A stretch of 64,000 bases of DNA, taken from positions 36,208,001-36,272,000 of the forward strand of contig OX597819.1 in NCBI GenBank assembly GCA_951406725.2, written 5' to 3'. This DNA is from Octopus vulgaris (lineage: Eukaryota). Below are positions 55,461 through 64,000 of the stretch, piece by piece. A program made the translations under genes and the position numbers. The first letter of the stretch is position 1. Every line of letters begins with the position of its first letter. The notes under the pieces are model-generated. The model made no database searches, was not told the DNA's origin, and saw only the letters and a program-made list of their open reading frames with translations.

Positions 55461-58400
55461 TACTGAAGAACATTTCTGTGCATTTGTAAGCTAATACTTG
55501 AAGACTTACAATGTAGAAGATGTAGAGAATGGTCTCATTAAATTTGTCACATTGCTTATGCCCTACATTATTATAGAAATAAGAGAAAATAGAGCAGATA
55601 AATAGATAGCTGGATGAATGTAAACATCAAAACACTAAGGTAATTAACCTTCATCATTCAGGTATTTTTAGAGCACTATATAAGAACAAATAGGAGGTGA
55701 GAACACATTTCATGGAGCAAAGTAACTTTTTTCATTCTAGAATAGGGTGGGGATTCCTAATTCCCAGTTTATATAACCCTGGGTAAAACTTTCTAGAACC
55801 TTCAATTGCACATTGAGGGAAAATTTACATAACCCCCTTTGATGTTCACCATTGTTAGTTGATACACACCAGTCAATGTTGACAGACCAGTAAACATTTA
55901 TGTGGGTGATCTGTGCTGTAAAGGGAGAAGGCCTATGGGATTTATGAGTAGGCTGTGGCTCATAGTTGGAAATTTAAGTGGGGCGGTTCAAATCTAGCCA
56001 TAGTCTCACAACATCATTGACAAAATCTGAGAATTACACATCAACAATGTTGGAAGTATTTTAATATGTTTCATATGAATGATACTCTGTGAATTTTAGC
56101 CTCTAGTACCCACATTAGGCTTAATGAACATACTAAGCTCTCACGAAAAAAATCTTCTAATTTGTATTTGCATTAGCTTATCATTTTGATAGTGTTTATT
56201 TAAAACCATAAAGGCACCCTGGTGCCAGTGACACGTAAAAGGCACCTCCATACTGATCACATATAAAAGGCACCTCCATAGTGTTGGTGACACATAAAAG
56301 GTACCAAATGTATTCTGAGGAGTGGTTGGCATTATGGAGGGCATCCAGCCATAGAAATAAGGCCAAAACAGACTGGAGCCCGATTGTTGTTTGTTTATAC
56401 CTTCTCAAGCCATGCCTAGCTCATAAGGGCCGGTTTCCCGGTTTCTTGGCGTATAGGTTCCCCACCTGGACGGGACGCCAGTCCGTCGCAGGTGAGCTGC
56501 AAGATGCAGGAGGAAAGAGTGAGAGAAAGTTGTGGCAAAAGAGTCAGCAGAAGTCTTGCCATTACCTTCTGCTGGAGCCATGTGTCTCACTTATAAACAC
56601 ACACATCACCCGGTCTAAGATTTGAACCTGCAATCCTTCGACCGCGAGTCCGCTGCTCTAACTACTAGGCCATGTGCCTCCACACTGGAGCCCGATATAG
56701 CTCTCTGGTTTACCAGCCTCAGTCAAACCATCTTACCCACACTAGCATGGAAAATGGACGTTAAATGATGATGATGGTGATGCTCCCCATCCCTAAGACT
56801 TGACAATTCCATTCTTGGAAACTGAAAAAATCTGAAAAGAATGTTGTATTAGTTGTATTATATGATTGAAGTTAAAGAAAAAAAAAACCCAGAAAAAGAA
56901 AGCAATAATTAAAGAGATATTTACCGATCCCATTATGTGTTTTTTCACATCGTGGAGTGTCATTTGCAGGCGAGTTTCCATATTATGAATATCAACATCT
57001 GTTGTGGTATCATTACTGGTACCATTGTTAAAATCAATATAAGGTTGACCAGAATATTCATTTGCAGGTGTGCTATTGCCAAATATTTCATCAAACTGGT
57101 TGTACCAATTGACCCTGAGCAAGTCCCTATAGCAGACTGGTGCTGATGATGTTCTATAATGAAACCAAACAATGTGATACCACCACACGAAACATTCAAA
57201 TAACTCTGAGCATCTATTTAACAGCTTGATCTGTTAAAAATAGTAACTTATTTGTTCTCATATCATACCTTATCATCTTTGATTATTTAATCCTATATAA
57301 GTGATACATAGCAGAAGACTGGATGGTCATGATTGGAACGACTTTGGTGATAGGCCTGATCAATCAGGGCTGACCCAACTTGATACAAACTTCCTGTTTT
57401 AAATTGATCTAAATTAAAACTTTCCATCTGTCTTGAGACAGCCTAGATATGATAACAGTGGAGAAAAGTTATTGATGGTCTAACCTCTATTGGGAGCAAA
57501 GGGCTTAAGTTAGTACTAGTCAATTATTGGGGTGGAGTCTGTAGGCTCAAAACAGACATTAACTAACCTATAACTTTACATAAGTTTAAGTTAGACATTT
57601 ATATTTATTCAACCATTAATAGAAAACCTGTAGTATAATAATTTACCTGAAAAAATGACGAGAAACGTTGTTTCTTTGAGGTGTTGGACAAATGTCATCA
57701 CTTAGATGTTTAATAACTTCATTCTTCTCTGAAAGCAAACATGAAAATGTTTTTACTTTCATTTTATCATAAATACAATTTGAAGCAAATCTTGAGGATG
57801 ATAGTCATACTACATAGTTACAGTAAACACTTGTTATCAAGTCATAGCAGTCCATACTTAGACTTATAAATGCCACCAAAAATGAACTGGGTACAGTAAC
57901 TAAAAACAATCCTGATACCAGTACTACAGAAATTGAATAAACTGCAAACTTTTCTCTATGGAATATTACCTTGGTAATTAAGTGCTTCAACAATGTAGAT
58001 AACAAAATAGACGCAGGCCAGGCATAGCTGTGTGGTAAGAAGTTTACTTTCCAACTACATGTTTTTGGGTTCAGTCTCACTGTGTGGCACCTTAGGCAAG
58101 TGTCTTCTACCATGGCCTTTGGCTGACCAAAATCTTGTGAGTGGATTTGGTAGATGGAACCTGAAAAAATCCCATATGTGTGTGTGTGCGTGTGAGTATA
58201 TTTGTGTTTGTGTTTGTCCATCACCACCACTTGACAACCAGTGTTGGTGTGTTTATGTCCTTGTAACTCAGCAGTTTCGTAAAAGAGTCTGATAGATTAA
58301 GCATCAGGCTTAAAAAAAGTCAATGTATTTGACAAAAAATTTTTAAAGGCAGTGCCACAGTGTGGCCACAGTTTAATGATTGAAACAAATAAAAGAAAAT

Positions 58401-59943
58401 AAATAAATAAATAAATAAATAAATAGTTGCAGATTCATCCTCAACATAGAATTTTATCCTTTTTTAAAAATTTTTACTTACCTTTCATATAACCTGTCTT
58501 TCAGGAAAAGTATGATAGTTGCAGCAAAGCTTATCAGTATTAGTATAATTAATACTGGTGTTATAATACAAGCTAGAAAGTCACTTATTTTCTCTGATGA
58601 TTCACCGACATTCTATCAGTTATGATGATGAGGGTTCCAGGTGATCCGATCAACAGAACGATCTGCTCAGGAAATTAACAAGCAAGTGGCTGAGCACCCC
58701 ACAGACACATGTACCCTTAACCTAGTTCTCAGGAAGATTCAGCATGACACAGAATATGACAAGGCTGGCAGAAATGGTGAGCTTGCAGAAACGTTAGCAT
58801 GCCAGGCGAAATGCTTAGCGGTATTTCGTCTGCCACTACATTCTGAGTTCAAATTCCGCCGAGGTCGACTTTGCCTTTCATCCTTTCGGGGTCAATTAAA
58901 TAAGTACCAGTTATGCACTGGGGTCGATATAATCAACTTAATCCGTTTGTCTGTCCTTGTTTGTCCTCTCTGTGTTTAGCCCCTTGTGGATAGTAAAGAA
59001 ATAGGTATTTCGTCTGCCATTATGTTCTGGGTTCAAATTACGTTGAGGTTGATTTTTGCCTTTCATCCTTTCGGGATCAATAAATTAAGTACCAGTTACG
59101 CATTGGGGTTGATGTAATCGACTTAATCCCTTTGTCTGTCCTTGTTTGTCCCCTCTATGTTTAGCCCCTTGTGGGCAATAAAGAAATAAGAATATGACAA
59201 GGCTGGCCCTTTTGAATTAGAAATACAACACATTTGCCAGCAGACTGGAATGGAGCAGTGTGAAATAAAGTGTCTTGCTCAAGGACACAATGTGTTGCCA
59301 GGAATTGATCTCATGACCTTATGATCATGAGCCAAATGCCCTAACCACTAAGCCACATGCCTTCACTTCTGATGATTCAGCCTTGGAGTAAAAAGTAAAG
59401 TGACATGCTTTAGGAACCTGTGTAGCAACAATTGGACATTTCAAGGCTTGCTATTGGTGTAGGAGCAGAGACAGCAAAGGCAGATTGCTATCCTCTGTAC
59501 AGGTTGTAGCATGAGGAAATGCATCCAATACACTTCATAAGGTAGTTGGTGGATTGAAGGGTATCTAACCTTAGAAACTGTTAGCAATGGAAAATATAAA
59601 CGAGACTTAGTCCTCTAAGCTAGTCTTAGGGAAGTCAGTAACTCTGAATATGAAATGGCTCTGAATATGACATCCCATCCAACCCGTGTGGGTATAGAGA
59701 GTGAATATAAACTGATGATGATGACGATGATGGGGAGGAGGAGGAGGAAGGGCTGCTGTTGATGATGATGATGAGGAGGAGGTGGAGGAAGATGATGATG
59801 ATATTGATGATGATGGGGAGGAGAAGGAGGAGGATGAGGAGGCGGATGATGATGATGATGATGAGGAAGATGATGATGATGATGATATTGATGATGATGA
59901 TGTTGATGATGATGATGAGAATGATGATGATGATGATGAGGAG

Positions 59944-59981
<38 letters not shown>

Positions 59982-62900
59982 CGATGATGAGGATGAGGAT
60001 AATGAGGATGATGATATATGTGCATGTTTGTGTGTGATGTATGTATGCATGAGGGACAGTTGAAGATATAAAAAATGAATTAGATTAAATTGTAAAGTCA
60101 CCTTGAGAATCGCACTTATAGGACAGCATTGTGTTGTCCCTAGAAAATGTTACCTCCCGTATCTTTGTCTGGGATTTGGGTGTTAATACTGACAATGATG
60201 ACTGAGGTAGGCTCGTCGGGTCTCTTGTTGTTACATCTTTGGTTTCTGATTGTTTTGGAAGAGAAGAGGAATTGCTGAAAGAATAAGAGCAAAAATATTG
60301 GGTCATCCCATAAATAATGTTCTTTTTTCAATTGCATGAAATAAAAGTTGGAGGGGGACTGGATAAAATACCTGCATCAACTTGCTATAAAACCAGATAG
60401 TAATTTTATCTTGTACTTATTTTTAGTGGACGATTTGAAGAGTGCAGTTCGATTTTAACAGTTATTTTTTCAAAGCTATAATGGAAGTGACAAAGGAGCA
60501 TATTCAGTGTATTTTGCTTTAAAAGCTCCATGAAGGCAACAATGCAACAAAAAGTGTGAGGAATATTAATGCAGTATATGAGGATCGGACAATAAGTGTA
60601 AGCCAGTGTCAATTGTGGTTCCAGAAATTCTGAGCTGGAAACTACAGTCTAGAAGGTGAGCTACATCCTGAAAGATTTGCAGAGCTTGACGAGGATATCC
60701 TGCAAACCCTGGTGAAACAAAATCCCATCATAACTGTTGAGGAACTAGCAGAGAAGCTTGGATTTGGTCATTCAACCATTCATTGACACCTGCATGCCAT
60801 TGGAAACGTCATCAAATTGGGTCAATGGGTTCCTCACAAACTTTCCAAGTCTAATCGCATGCAGAGAGGGAATGTGTGCTCTTCTTTGCTGTTACATCTC
60901 ACAGATGAACCTTTTTTGGACCGAATAGTGACTGGTGACAAGAAATGGGTTCTCTACAAAAATGTCAAGTGCCAAAGACAGTGGGTAGGGAAAGGAGAAA
61001 CACTGGCACCCCAGGCTAAAGAAGGTCTAAACCCATGTAAGGTGTTGTCATCTGTTTGGTGGAATATGAAAGGTTTAGTACACTGTGAACTTTTAAACCC
61101 AAACCAAACGATAGCAAAGGAGATCTACTGCAAGCAGCTTGAGTGGCTTAAGTCACTGCCAGAAGGAAAACGACCATCTTTGGTTTCAAGACAAAAAGTG
61201 TTCTTCCATCAGGATAATGCTTGGCCACATACAGCAAGAATGACATTCCAAAGGCTGGAGCAGTCTGAATGGGAAACCATTCCCTACCCATCATATTCGT
61301 CTGGCATTGCCCCATCTGATTATCATTTATTCCAGTCTTTAAAATCATTTGGATGGAAAAAATATGAATTCTGTAGACGAGGTCAGAACAGTACTGGAGA
61401 CGTATTTTTCATCACAGACAAGTGCCTTTTAGAAGAGGGGCCTTGCAAGTCTACCAGATAGATGGAAGAGCATTGTAGAAAACAAAGGAGAGTATATTTT
61501 AGATTAAAAAAGAACTTTGTTTATCTTAGTTTTGAAAAATGAAAGCAGTATAAAAAAAACTGCATTATTTATGGGATGATCCAATATATATGAATAATAC
61601 ATTGACCAAGAAGGAAAAATTATTTTTAAGGGGTAAAATGCTTGAGTTATCTCCAATAACTTCATGTTTTGCTAAGTAAAATAAAGTGGTAGCAAGTGAA
61701 ATATTAAATTCTGTACAAGGTATAATTGAATAGTATTTGATGAGAGGTGGATGAAGTTCAGAATGATTGAGTTTTGCGAGATGACTATTAAAGATTATTG
61801 ATGATGATAGATATCATAGCAGAGAAATCTCACCAGGACTTTGGTACACCATCAATTATGTTTCTGTTTACTGTCCTATCCGTATTTTGATACCAACAGA
61901 GAATTTTTTGAAAATTTGTTTAAAATATAATTATTATAGATGGTTTTACTTCTAAGAAAAATCCCAGCCTTTCTAACCCCATTCACCCAGTTTCCTCCAC
62001 TGTGCTCTGTTGACCTTTGTCACTCCTTTGTTTGCCCATAACACACTTAAGGAAATGCTACTACTCATGTTAAAAACCACTGTTTTATAAAAGTAAACTT
62101 TCAGTTATTGATCCATTGAGGCCTACTTTTCTGCTCAGCTCAACATTGTAGACAGATGTTTCTGCCTGTGGCGAGCTGGCAGAAACATTAGCATGCTGGG
62201 CGAAATGCTTAGTGGTATTTCGTCTGTCGTTATGTTCTGAGTTCAAATTCGGCCAAGGTCGACTTTGTCTTTCATCCTTTCAGGGTCGATAAATTAAGTA
62301 CCATGTAATCTACTTAATCCCTTTATCTGTCCTTGTTTGTCCCCTCTATATTTAGCCCCTTGTGGGCAATAAAGAAATAAGATGTAACTAATTCTGAAAA
62401 TTCTAATTAAAAAAAAACATCTTTTTGATATAAAAATCTTATTTGTTCTCAGATTATTTCATTGTTTGATGGTCATTCCACATTATTCCAAGCATGTTGG
62501 GCTGTCCTTAGGCATGTTTATTACAGCTTTTGCCAGGTTCCATGGTTTTGCACTGCAAGGCATGTCATTGAAATGGCATGTCAATTGTAAGCTTATCTTT
62601 TAAGATTAAGAGGTATTTTGCTTTTAAACATGGAACTTTTCTCCATGATGTGCTCGACTAAAGGCGGTGCTCCAGCATGGTCGCAGTCAAATGACTGAAA
62701 CAAGTAAAAGTGTAAGAGAGAGTAGTTATTTTCAACTCTTGCAGCATTACATTAAATGTGCTCTTTACTCTCACGAAATATGCAATATTTATTTTTGTTT
62801 TGTATTCTCTTATGAGCTAATGTTTCTTAGCCATTATTATGTATAACATTCTTCTACTGTTGGACTAAAATTTGCATGAAATTATTCTGACCACTATTTA

Positions 62901-63891
62901 TATTATAATATTAAATTAGTTCTGGTTACCGTTTTTGTTATAGAATAGTTCTGGTCACTGCTTTTATTAGAAAATTGAAATAGTTCTGGCCACTGTTTTT
63001 ATTATAAAATTAAATTAGTTCTGGCCACTGTTTTTATTGTAAAATTAAATTAGTTCTGGCCACTGCTTTTATTAGAAAATTGAAATAGTTCTGGCCACTG
63101 TCTTGATTATAAAATTAAATTAGTTCTGGCCACTGTTTTTATTATAAAATTAAATTAGTTCTGGCCACTGTTTTTATTATAAAATTGAATTAGTTCTGGC
63201 CACTGTCTTGATTATAAAATTAGATTAGTTCTGGCCACTGTTTTTATTATAAAATTGAATTAGTTCTGGCCACTGTTTTTATTATAAAATTGAATTAGTT
63301 CTGGCCACTGTCTTGATTATAAAATTAAATTAGTTCTGGCCACTGTTTTTATTATAAAATTAAATTAGTTCTGGCCACTGTTTTTATTATAAAATTGAAT
63401 TAGTTCTGGCCACTGTTTTTAACATAAAATTAAATTAGTAAATTGTTGAAATATTTACCTTTTGTTCCCATTTCTTTCCTTTGCTCTGAATTATAAGTTG
63501 TCTGACATAGGCATTCATGTTATGACAAGACTTGTGAACTTTTTACATTATCATGCTTGTGTGATTTGTCAAAATCTTATTGTCTCTCATCAAAAGGAAA
63601 CCTTCAACCTTTAATCCCTCACCATTCTAAATATCTTATTCATCTGCCAGGAATCATATATAACGTATACTATTTAATTTTAAAATCAATCCACATTCCA
63701 AAAAGCTTTTATCAAGGAAACCAGTTCATATTCAAAAATTGTGAGTAAGGTTTAAAATAAGAAAACTCACAGAGGTATGCTTTCGTTACAAATGTTATTG
63801 GTAGATTTAGGGGTTTTACTTTCAATCATTAATATATCACTGTCTTTCTGTGTGCAGGAAGTGAGGTATCCATCATCAACAACTCCACTAG
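2138..63891 (-). CDS. Multi-exon gene (internal 14 exons, about 692 codons), multi-RGS-domain protein of the RGS22/RGSL1 type; both ends outside the window
   Basis: Hand-spliced exons 63771-63891, 60102-60274, 57647-57728, 56925-57153, 45517-45665, 43641-43826, 31542-31736, 27442-27519, 24056-24213, 20171-20330, 18293-18394, 10770-10956, 6669-6754 and 2138-2308. All have AG/GT ends and matching phases; 2077 nt with no stop. RGS-like blocks: [28 protein letters not shown]...[16 protein letters not shown]; [18 protein letters not shown]...[10 protein letters not shown]...AWDIYHNFI...[17 protein letters not shown]; AAFKKFVKG...LYADIENLK. Family call is from recalled motifs, not a search. Confidence 0.85.
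3075..3437 (+). mobile_element. L1/Tx1-like 3' fragment
   Basis: KECAWRTR...[12 protein letters not shown]....YEKRW followed by an A-run. Confidence 0.5.
4557..4858. repeat. Perfect (ACAT)n of about 300 bp inside a SINE
   Basis: Direct reading. Confidence 0.97.
6669..6754 (-). CDS. RGS22-like gene exon ([28 protein letters not shown])
   Basis: ttctttttcag acceptor, gtaagt donor, phase 0 to 2. Confidence 0.82.
6800..7191 (+). mobile_element. Non-autonomous Helitron
   Basis: A|TC start, subterminal hairpin cccgagcaatgccggg, CTAG|T end, no TSD. Confidence 0.85.
7344..7753 (+). mobile_element. MITE family 1 (GGATC-type TIR, 8-bp TSD aaaaacac)
   Basis: About 29-bp TIRs, slightly decayed; TSD at 7336-7343 and 7754-7761; internal ttagggttagggg. 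Confidence 0.88.
8745..10420 (-). mobile_element. Degraded Tc1/mariner-superfamily transposase (DUF4817-type N-terminus), split by a SINE and a MITE
   Basis: Pieces read [21 protein letters not shown] / [13 protein letters not shown] / [15 protein letters not shown] / [28 protein letters not shown]. Confidence 0.8.
9878..10311 (-). mobile_element. MITE family 1 copy (TSD gaaatttc)
   Basis: TIRs; TSD at 9870-9877 and 10312-10319; internal (ccctaa)n-like run. Confidence 0.9.
10770..10956 (-). CDS. RGS22-like gene exon with basic helical segment (TIPQRDIF...[27 protein letters not shown])
   Basis: ctatttttag acceptor, gtaagt donor, phase 2 to 0. Confidence 0.85.
11640..12800 (-). mobile_element. 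Degraded partial copy of the same mariner family, interrupted by a MITE
   Basis: [38 protein letters not shown]; 3' end matches 61450-61584. Confidence 0.85.
11677..12100 (+). mobile_element. MITE family 2 (about 95-bp TIRs, TSD aatactta)
   Basis: GG...CC ends; TSD at 11669-11676 and 12101-12108. Confidence 0.9.
13981..14400 (+). mobile_element. MITE family 2 copy (TSD caagattc)
   Basis: Near-identical to 11677-12100; TSD at 13973-13980 and 14401-14408. Confidence 0.92.
16040..17660 (+). mobile_element. Penelope-like element fragments (RT C-terminus + GIY-YIG region), partially tandem
   Basis: [32 protein letters not shown]; [11 protein letters not shown]...LVYEA; [12 protein letters not shown]...INSRN present twice (about 16215-16360 and 17275-17420); tail also inverted at about 11415-11640. 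Confidence 0.8.
18293..18394 (-). CDS. RGS22-like gene exon ([33 protein letters not shown])
   Basis: ttttctgtttag acceptor, gtgagt donor, phase 2-2. Confidence 0.82.
19137..19990 (-). mobile_element. Penelope-like fragment with about 90-bp inverted arms
   Basis: [33 protein letters not shown]; arms about 19137-19228 and 19425-19515. Confidence 0.6.
20171..20330 (-). CDS. RGS22-like gene exon ([10 protein letters not shown]...[29 protein letters not shown])
   Basis: tctgtttcag acceptor, gtgaga donor, phase 1 to 2. Confidence 0.88.
20369..20588. mobile_element. piggyBac-type MITE
   Basis: ttaa-ccctttagca ... tgctaaaggg-ctaa; related copy at 45159-45378. Confidence 0.75.
21709..22010 (+). 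mobile_element. tRNA(Arg)-like SINE (OR-type), tail variant 1. Also 44439-44745(+), 56385-56683(-)
   Basis: tggcctagtgg / ggttcgaatc boxes; TSD caagt(g/c)agatatg; the 56385 copy has TSD actggagcccgat. Confidence 0.85.
22050..22340 (+). mobile_element. RTE-like LINE fragment
   Basis: [12 protein letters not shown] ... [16 protein letters not shown] with stops. Confidence 0.6.
22435..22791 (+). mobile_element. Non-autonomous Helitron
   Basis: A|TCtttatatataaa start; same 3' end aaacccgagcaacgccgggcgatactgCTAG as 6800-7191. Confidence 0.8.
24056..24213 (-). CDS. RGS22-like gene exon ([19 protein letters not shown]...[17 protein letters not shown])
   Basis: Long pyrimidine tract + tag, gtatga donor, phase 2 to 1; L.FW and A..IY..FI RGS motifs. 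Confidence 0.9.
27039..27402 (+). mobile_element. Non-autonomous Helitron
   Basis: A|TCtctctatatataaa start; terminal hairpin actagcactatgacc...ggtcatagtgCTAG|T. Confidence 0.78.
27442..27519 (-). CDS. RGS22-like gene exon ([25 protein letters not shown])
   Basis: attttag acceptor, gtgagt donor, phase 2-2; resembles the AL..D..AG.PF motif recalled from RGSL1. Confidence 0.85.
27722..27906. mobile_element. piggyBac-type MITE (second family)
   Basis: TTAA-ccctttca ... tgaaaggg-TTAA. Confidence 0.75.
28251..29025. mobile_element. Two CR1-like LINE 3' ends, head to head
   Basis: + copy about 28670-29025 ([19 protein letters not shown]); - copy 28251-28516 with (TAA)n tail; about 250-bp inverted repeat. 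Confidence 0.75.
29045..29450 (+). mobile_element. 5'-truncated RLE non-LTR element (HERO/NeSL-like) 3' end
   Basis: C.KKGW...[10 protein letters not shown]...[10 protein letters not shown] then 3' UTR. Confidence 0.75.
29693..29900 (-). mobile_element. (TA)n-inserted short element with degenerate minimal hammerhead; related copy 47725-47927(+)
   Basis: Minus: tgttt CCGACGA agagc tcc gctc GAAAC gtc; other copy: tgttt CTGACGA agagc tct gctc aAAAC att. Confidence 0.65.
29979..30287. repeat. Long palindrome (about 140-bp arms)
   Basis: ccacttattaatctgagggg... pairs with ...cccctcggattaacaagtgg. Confidence 0.92.
30545..31135 (+). mobile_element. (GAT)n-tailed SINE-like family with internal gtggcacgtaaaaagcacc repeats. 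Also about 2897-3075, 4030-4265, 5560-6368, 14645-14965, 39108-39392, 42242-42635, 54937-55122, 56210-56780
   Basis: Shared ggttggcgttaggaagggcatccagctgtagaaac...gttaaacgatgatg end. Confidence 0.8.
31542..31736 (-). CDS. RGS22-like gene exon ([15 protein letters not shown]...CNLSANL)
   Basis: tttcatttcag acceptor, AG/gtattc donor, phase 2-2, inside ORF 31517-31759. Confidence 0.75.
33661..34063 (+). mobile_element. SINE family A, near-consensus full-length copy
   Basis: Complete head, body and tail. Confidence 0.9.
35058..38312 (+). mobile_element. R4/Dong-clade non-LTR retrotransposon (RLE type), frameshifted and internally deleted
   Basis: ORF pieces 35167-36486, 36426-36932 and 36854-37990 with RT motifs [49 protein letters not shown]; N-terminal KWTREEY...LANVRRDI; RLE C-terminal end IPVIVGALG...LRRAL stop at 38130; A-rich tail into (TAA)n, the known Dong target. 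Confidence 0.9.
38581..39087. repeat. (CTA/CTG)n and (TAA)n microsatellites around a MetaSINE
   Basis: Direct reading. Confidence 0.9.
40586..41018. mobile_element. Solo LTR (Gypsy-like)
   Basis: TGT...ACA ends, 4-bp TSD aaac (40582-40585, 41019-41022); cleanly interrupts a repeat seen intact at 46690-46740. Confidence 0.8.
43641..43826 (-). CDS. RGS22-like gene exon, RGS domain C-half (DIQDKYKM...[21 protein letters not shown])
   Basis: tttcag acceptor, gtaaga donor, phase 2-2; F...Q..V...L...W.PRY RGS terminal helices. Confidence 0.9.
45159..45378. mobile_element. piggyBac-type MITE inserted in a SINE
   Basis: TTAA on both sides; cc(g)tttag...ctaaaggg. Confidence 0.75.
45517..45665 (-). 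CDS. RGS22-like gene exon, RGS domain N-half ([33 protein letters not shown]...)
   Basis: F..FL and L.FW..CEEFK RGS signature; tag acceptor, gtttgt donor; phase 0 to 2. Confidence 0.9.
48176..48729. repeat. Long palindrome (about 270-bp arms, 9-nt loop 48454-48462)
   Basis: Arms are near-exact reverse complements with two small indels. Confidence 0.95.
49062..49124 (-). ncRNA. Type I hammerhead ribozyme, copy 1 (sense to host gene)
   Basis: Minus strand: UUUGAG-CUGACGA-AAGA...UCUU-GAAA-CGUUGACG-UA^-CUCAAA; full core, stems I/II/III pair, GUA cleavage triplet. Confidence 0.9.
49626..49688 (-). ncRNA. Type I hammerhead ribozyme, copy 2 (sense to host gene)
   Basis: Same motif 564 bp from copy 1. 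Confidence 0.9.
50185..50247 (+). ncRNA. Type I hammerhead ribozyme, copy 3 (inverted arm)
   Basis: tttgag CTGACGA aaga aatgctgattttatttggctaa tctt GAAA cgttgacg TA ctcaaa; predicted cut after 50241. Confidence 0.9.
51481..51793 (+). mobile_element. tRNA(Arg)-like SINE (OR-type), tail variant 2. Also 54564-54867(+), 47552-47670(-, tail only)
   Basis: Same type of head as 21709 but a different 3' half ending (cacggtgat)n; TSD atatatgac. Confidence 0.85.
52126..52573 (+). mobile_element. MITE family 1 copy (TSD caattctc)
   Basis: 29-bp TIR with 1 mismatch; TSD at 52118-52125 and 52574-52581. Confidence 0.92.
55249..55428. repeat. Palindrome with a perfect 34-bp loopless core (55313-55346)
   Basis: gaacttgtcaaatagaattctatttgacaagttc. 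Confidence 0.9.
56925..57153 (-). CDS. RGS22-like gene exon ([12 protein letters not shown]...VKKHIMGS)
   Basis: ttcattatag acceptor, gtaaat donor, phase 2 to 0, inside ORF 56793-57188. Confidence 0.8.
57647..57728 (-). CDS. RGS22-like gene exon ([26 protein letters not shown])
   Basis: tttgctttcag acceptor, AG/gtaaat donor, phase 1 to 2 matches both neighbours. Confidence 0.75.
58770..59188 (+). mobile_element. MetaSINE-type element, tandem dimer with 19-bp TSD. Other copies at about 8066-8280, 13690-13800, 24635-24890, 33325-33535, 38690-38905, 40030-40250, 53575-53888, 53980-54190, 62168-62381
   Basis: Meta-domain-like gcctttcatcctttcggggtcgataaa...aagtaccag; TSD agaatatgacaaggctggc at 58751-58769 and 59189-59207. 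Confidence 0.8.
59713..60015. repeat. (GAT)n/(GAG)n low-complexity tract
   Basis: Direct reading. Confidence 0.95.
60102..60274 (-). CDS. RGS22-like gene exon ([12 protein letters not shown]...YKCDSQ)
   Basis: ttctttcag acceptor, gtgact donor, phase 2 to 1, part of ORF 60085-60306. Confidence 0.7.
60298..61584 (+). mobile_element. Full-length mariner (DD34D) element, transposase pseudogenised
   Basis: TA-flanked TIRs ttgggtcatcccataaataatg / cattatttatgggatgatccaa; about 1.29 kb; [32 protein letters not shown]; stops and frameshifts. Confidence 0.93.
62905..63440. repeat. 35-bp minisatellite, about 15 copies
   Basis: Unit aaaattaaattagttctggccactgtttttattat; tagttctggc at 63051 and 63121 (2 x 35). 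Confidence 0.95.
63771..63891 (-). CDS. RGS22-like gene exon ([39 protein letters not shown])
   Basis: Pyrimidine tract + aag acceptor (alternative tag acceptor 4 nt inside), gtgagt donor, open frame, phase 2 end. Confidence 0.65.
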
Positions 63892-64000
63892 CTTGATAAA
63901 AGAAACAAAAAATAGAAGAAAATATTTTAAAAGACTTATAGAAAATTAATTCATCTGGAAGTTATTTTAAAATGACATTTTTATCTCTGAAAAAGTAAAT

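Noticed and set aside
59607-60101. Acidic, poly-His and poly-Ser ORFs
   Set aside because: (GAT/GAG)n tract open in several frames, with no splice signals fitting the gene.
62905-63440. 35-bp repeats of CRISPR-like length
   Set aside because: Units are contiguous with no unique spacers and no cas genes; eukaryotic minisatellite.

Overview
AT-rich, repeat-dense eukaryotic DNA. The SINE families and microsatellite load point to an octopus (coleoid cephalopod) genome; this is an inference. The whole window lies inside one minus-strand gene that the ORF track shows only as fragments. I traced 14 GT-AG exons (63891 down to 2138) with compatible phases. They join into about 692 codons with two complete RGS-like domains and the start of a third (RGS22/RGSL1-type), and both ends of the gene lie outside the window. 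The introns hold tRNA-derived SINEs, a near-full-length but internally deleted R4/Dong LINE, mariner/Tc1 relics, two GG...CC MITE families with 8-bp TSDs, piggyBac-type MITEs, three mini-Helitrons, a solo LTR, and Penelope, CR1, RTE and HERO fragments. The most striking signal is at 48877-50530: a young 564-bp unit present as about 1.7 tandem copies plus about 1.2 inverted copies between (TA)n tracts, with three intact type I hammerhead ribozymes. Two of the ribozymes are sense to the host pre-mRNA, so this looks like a retrozyme/circRNA-type element. Degenerate or half hammerheads also occur in other (TA)n-bounded elements and near the centres of two long palindromes.
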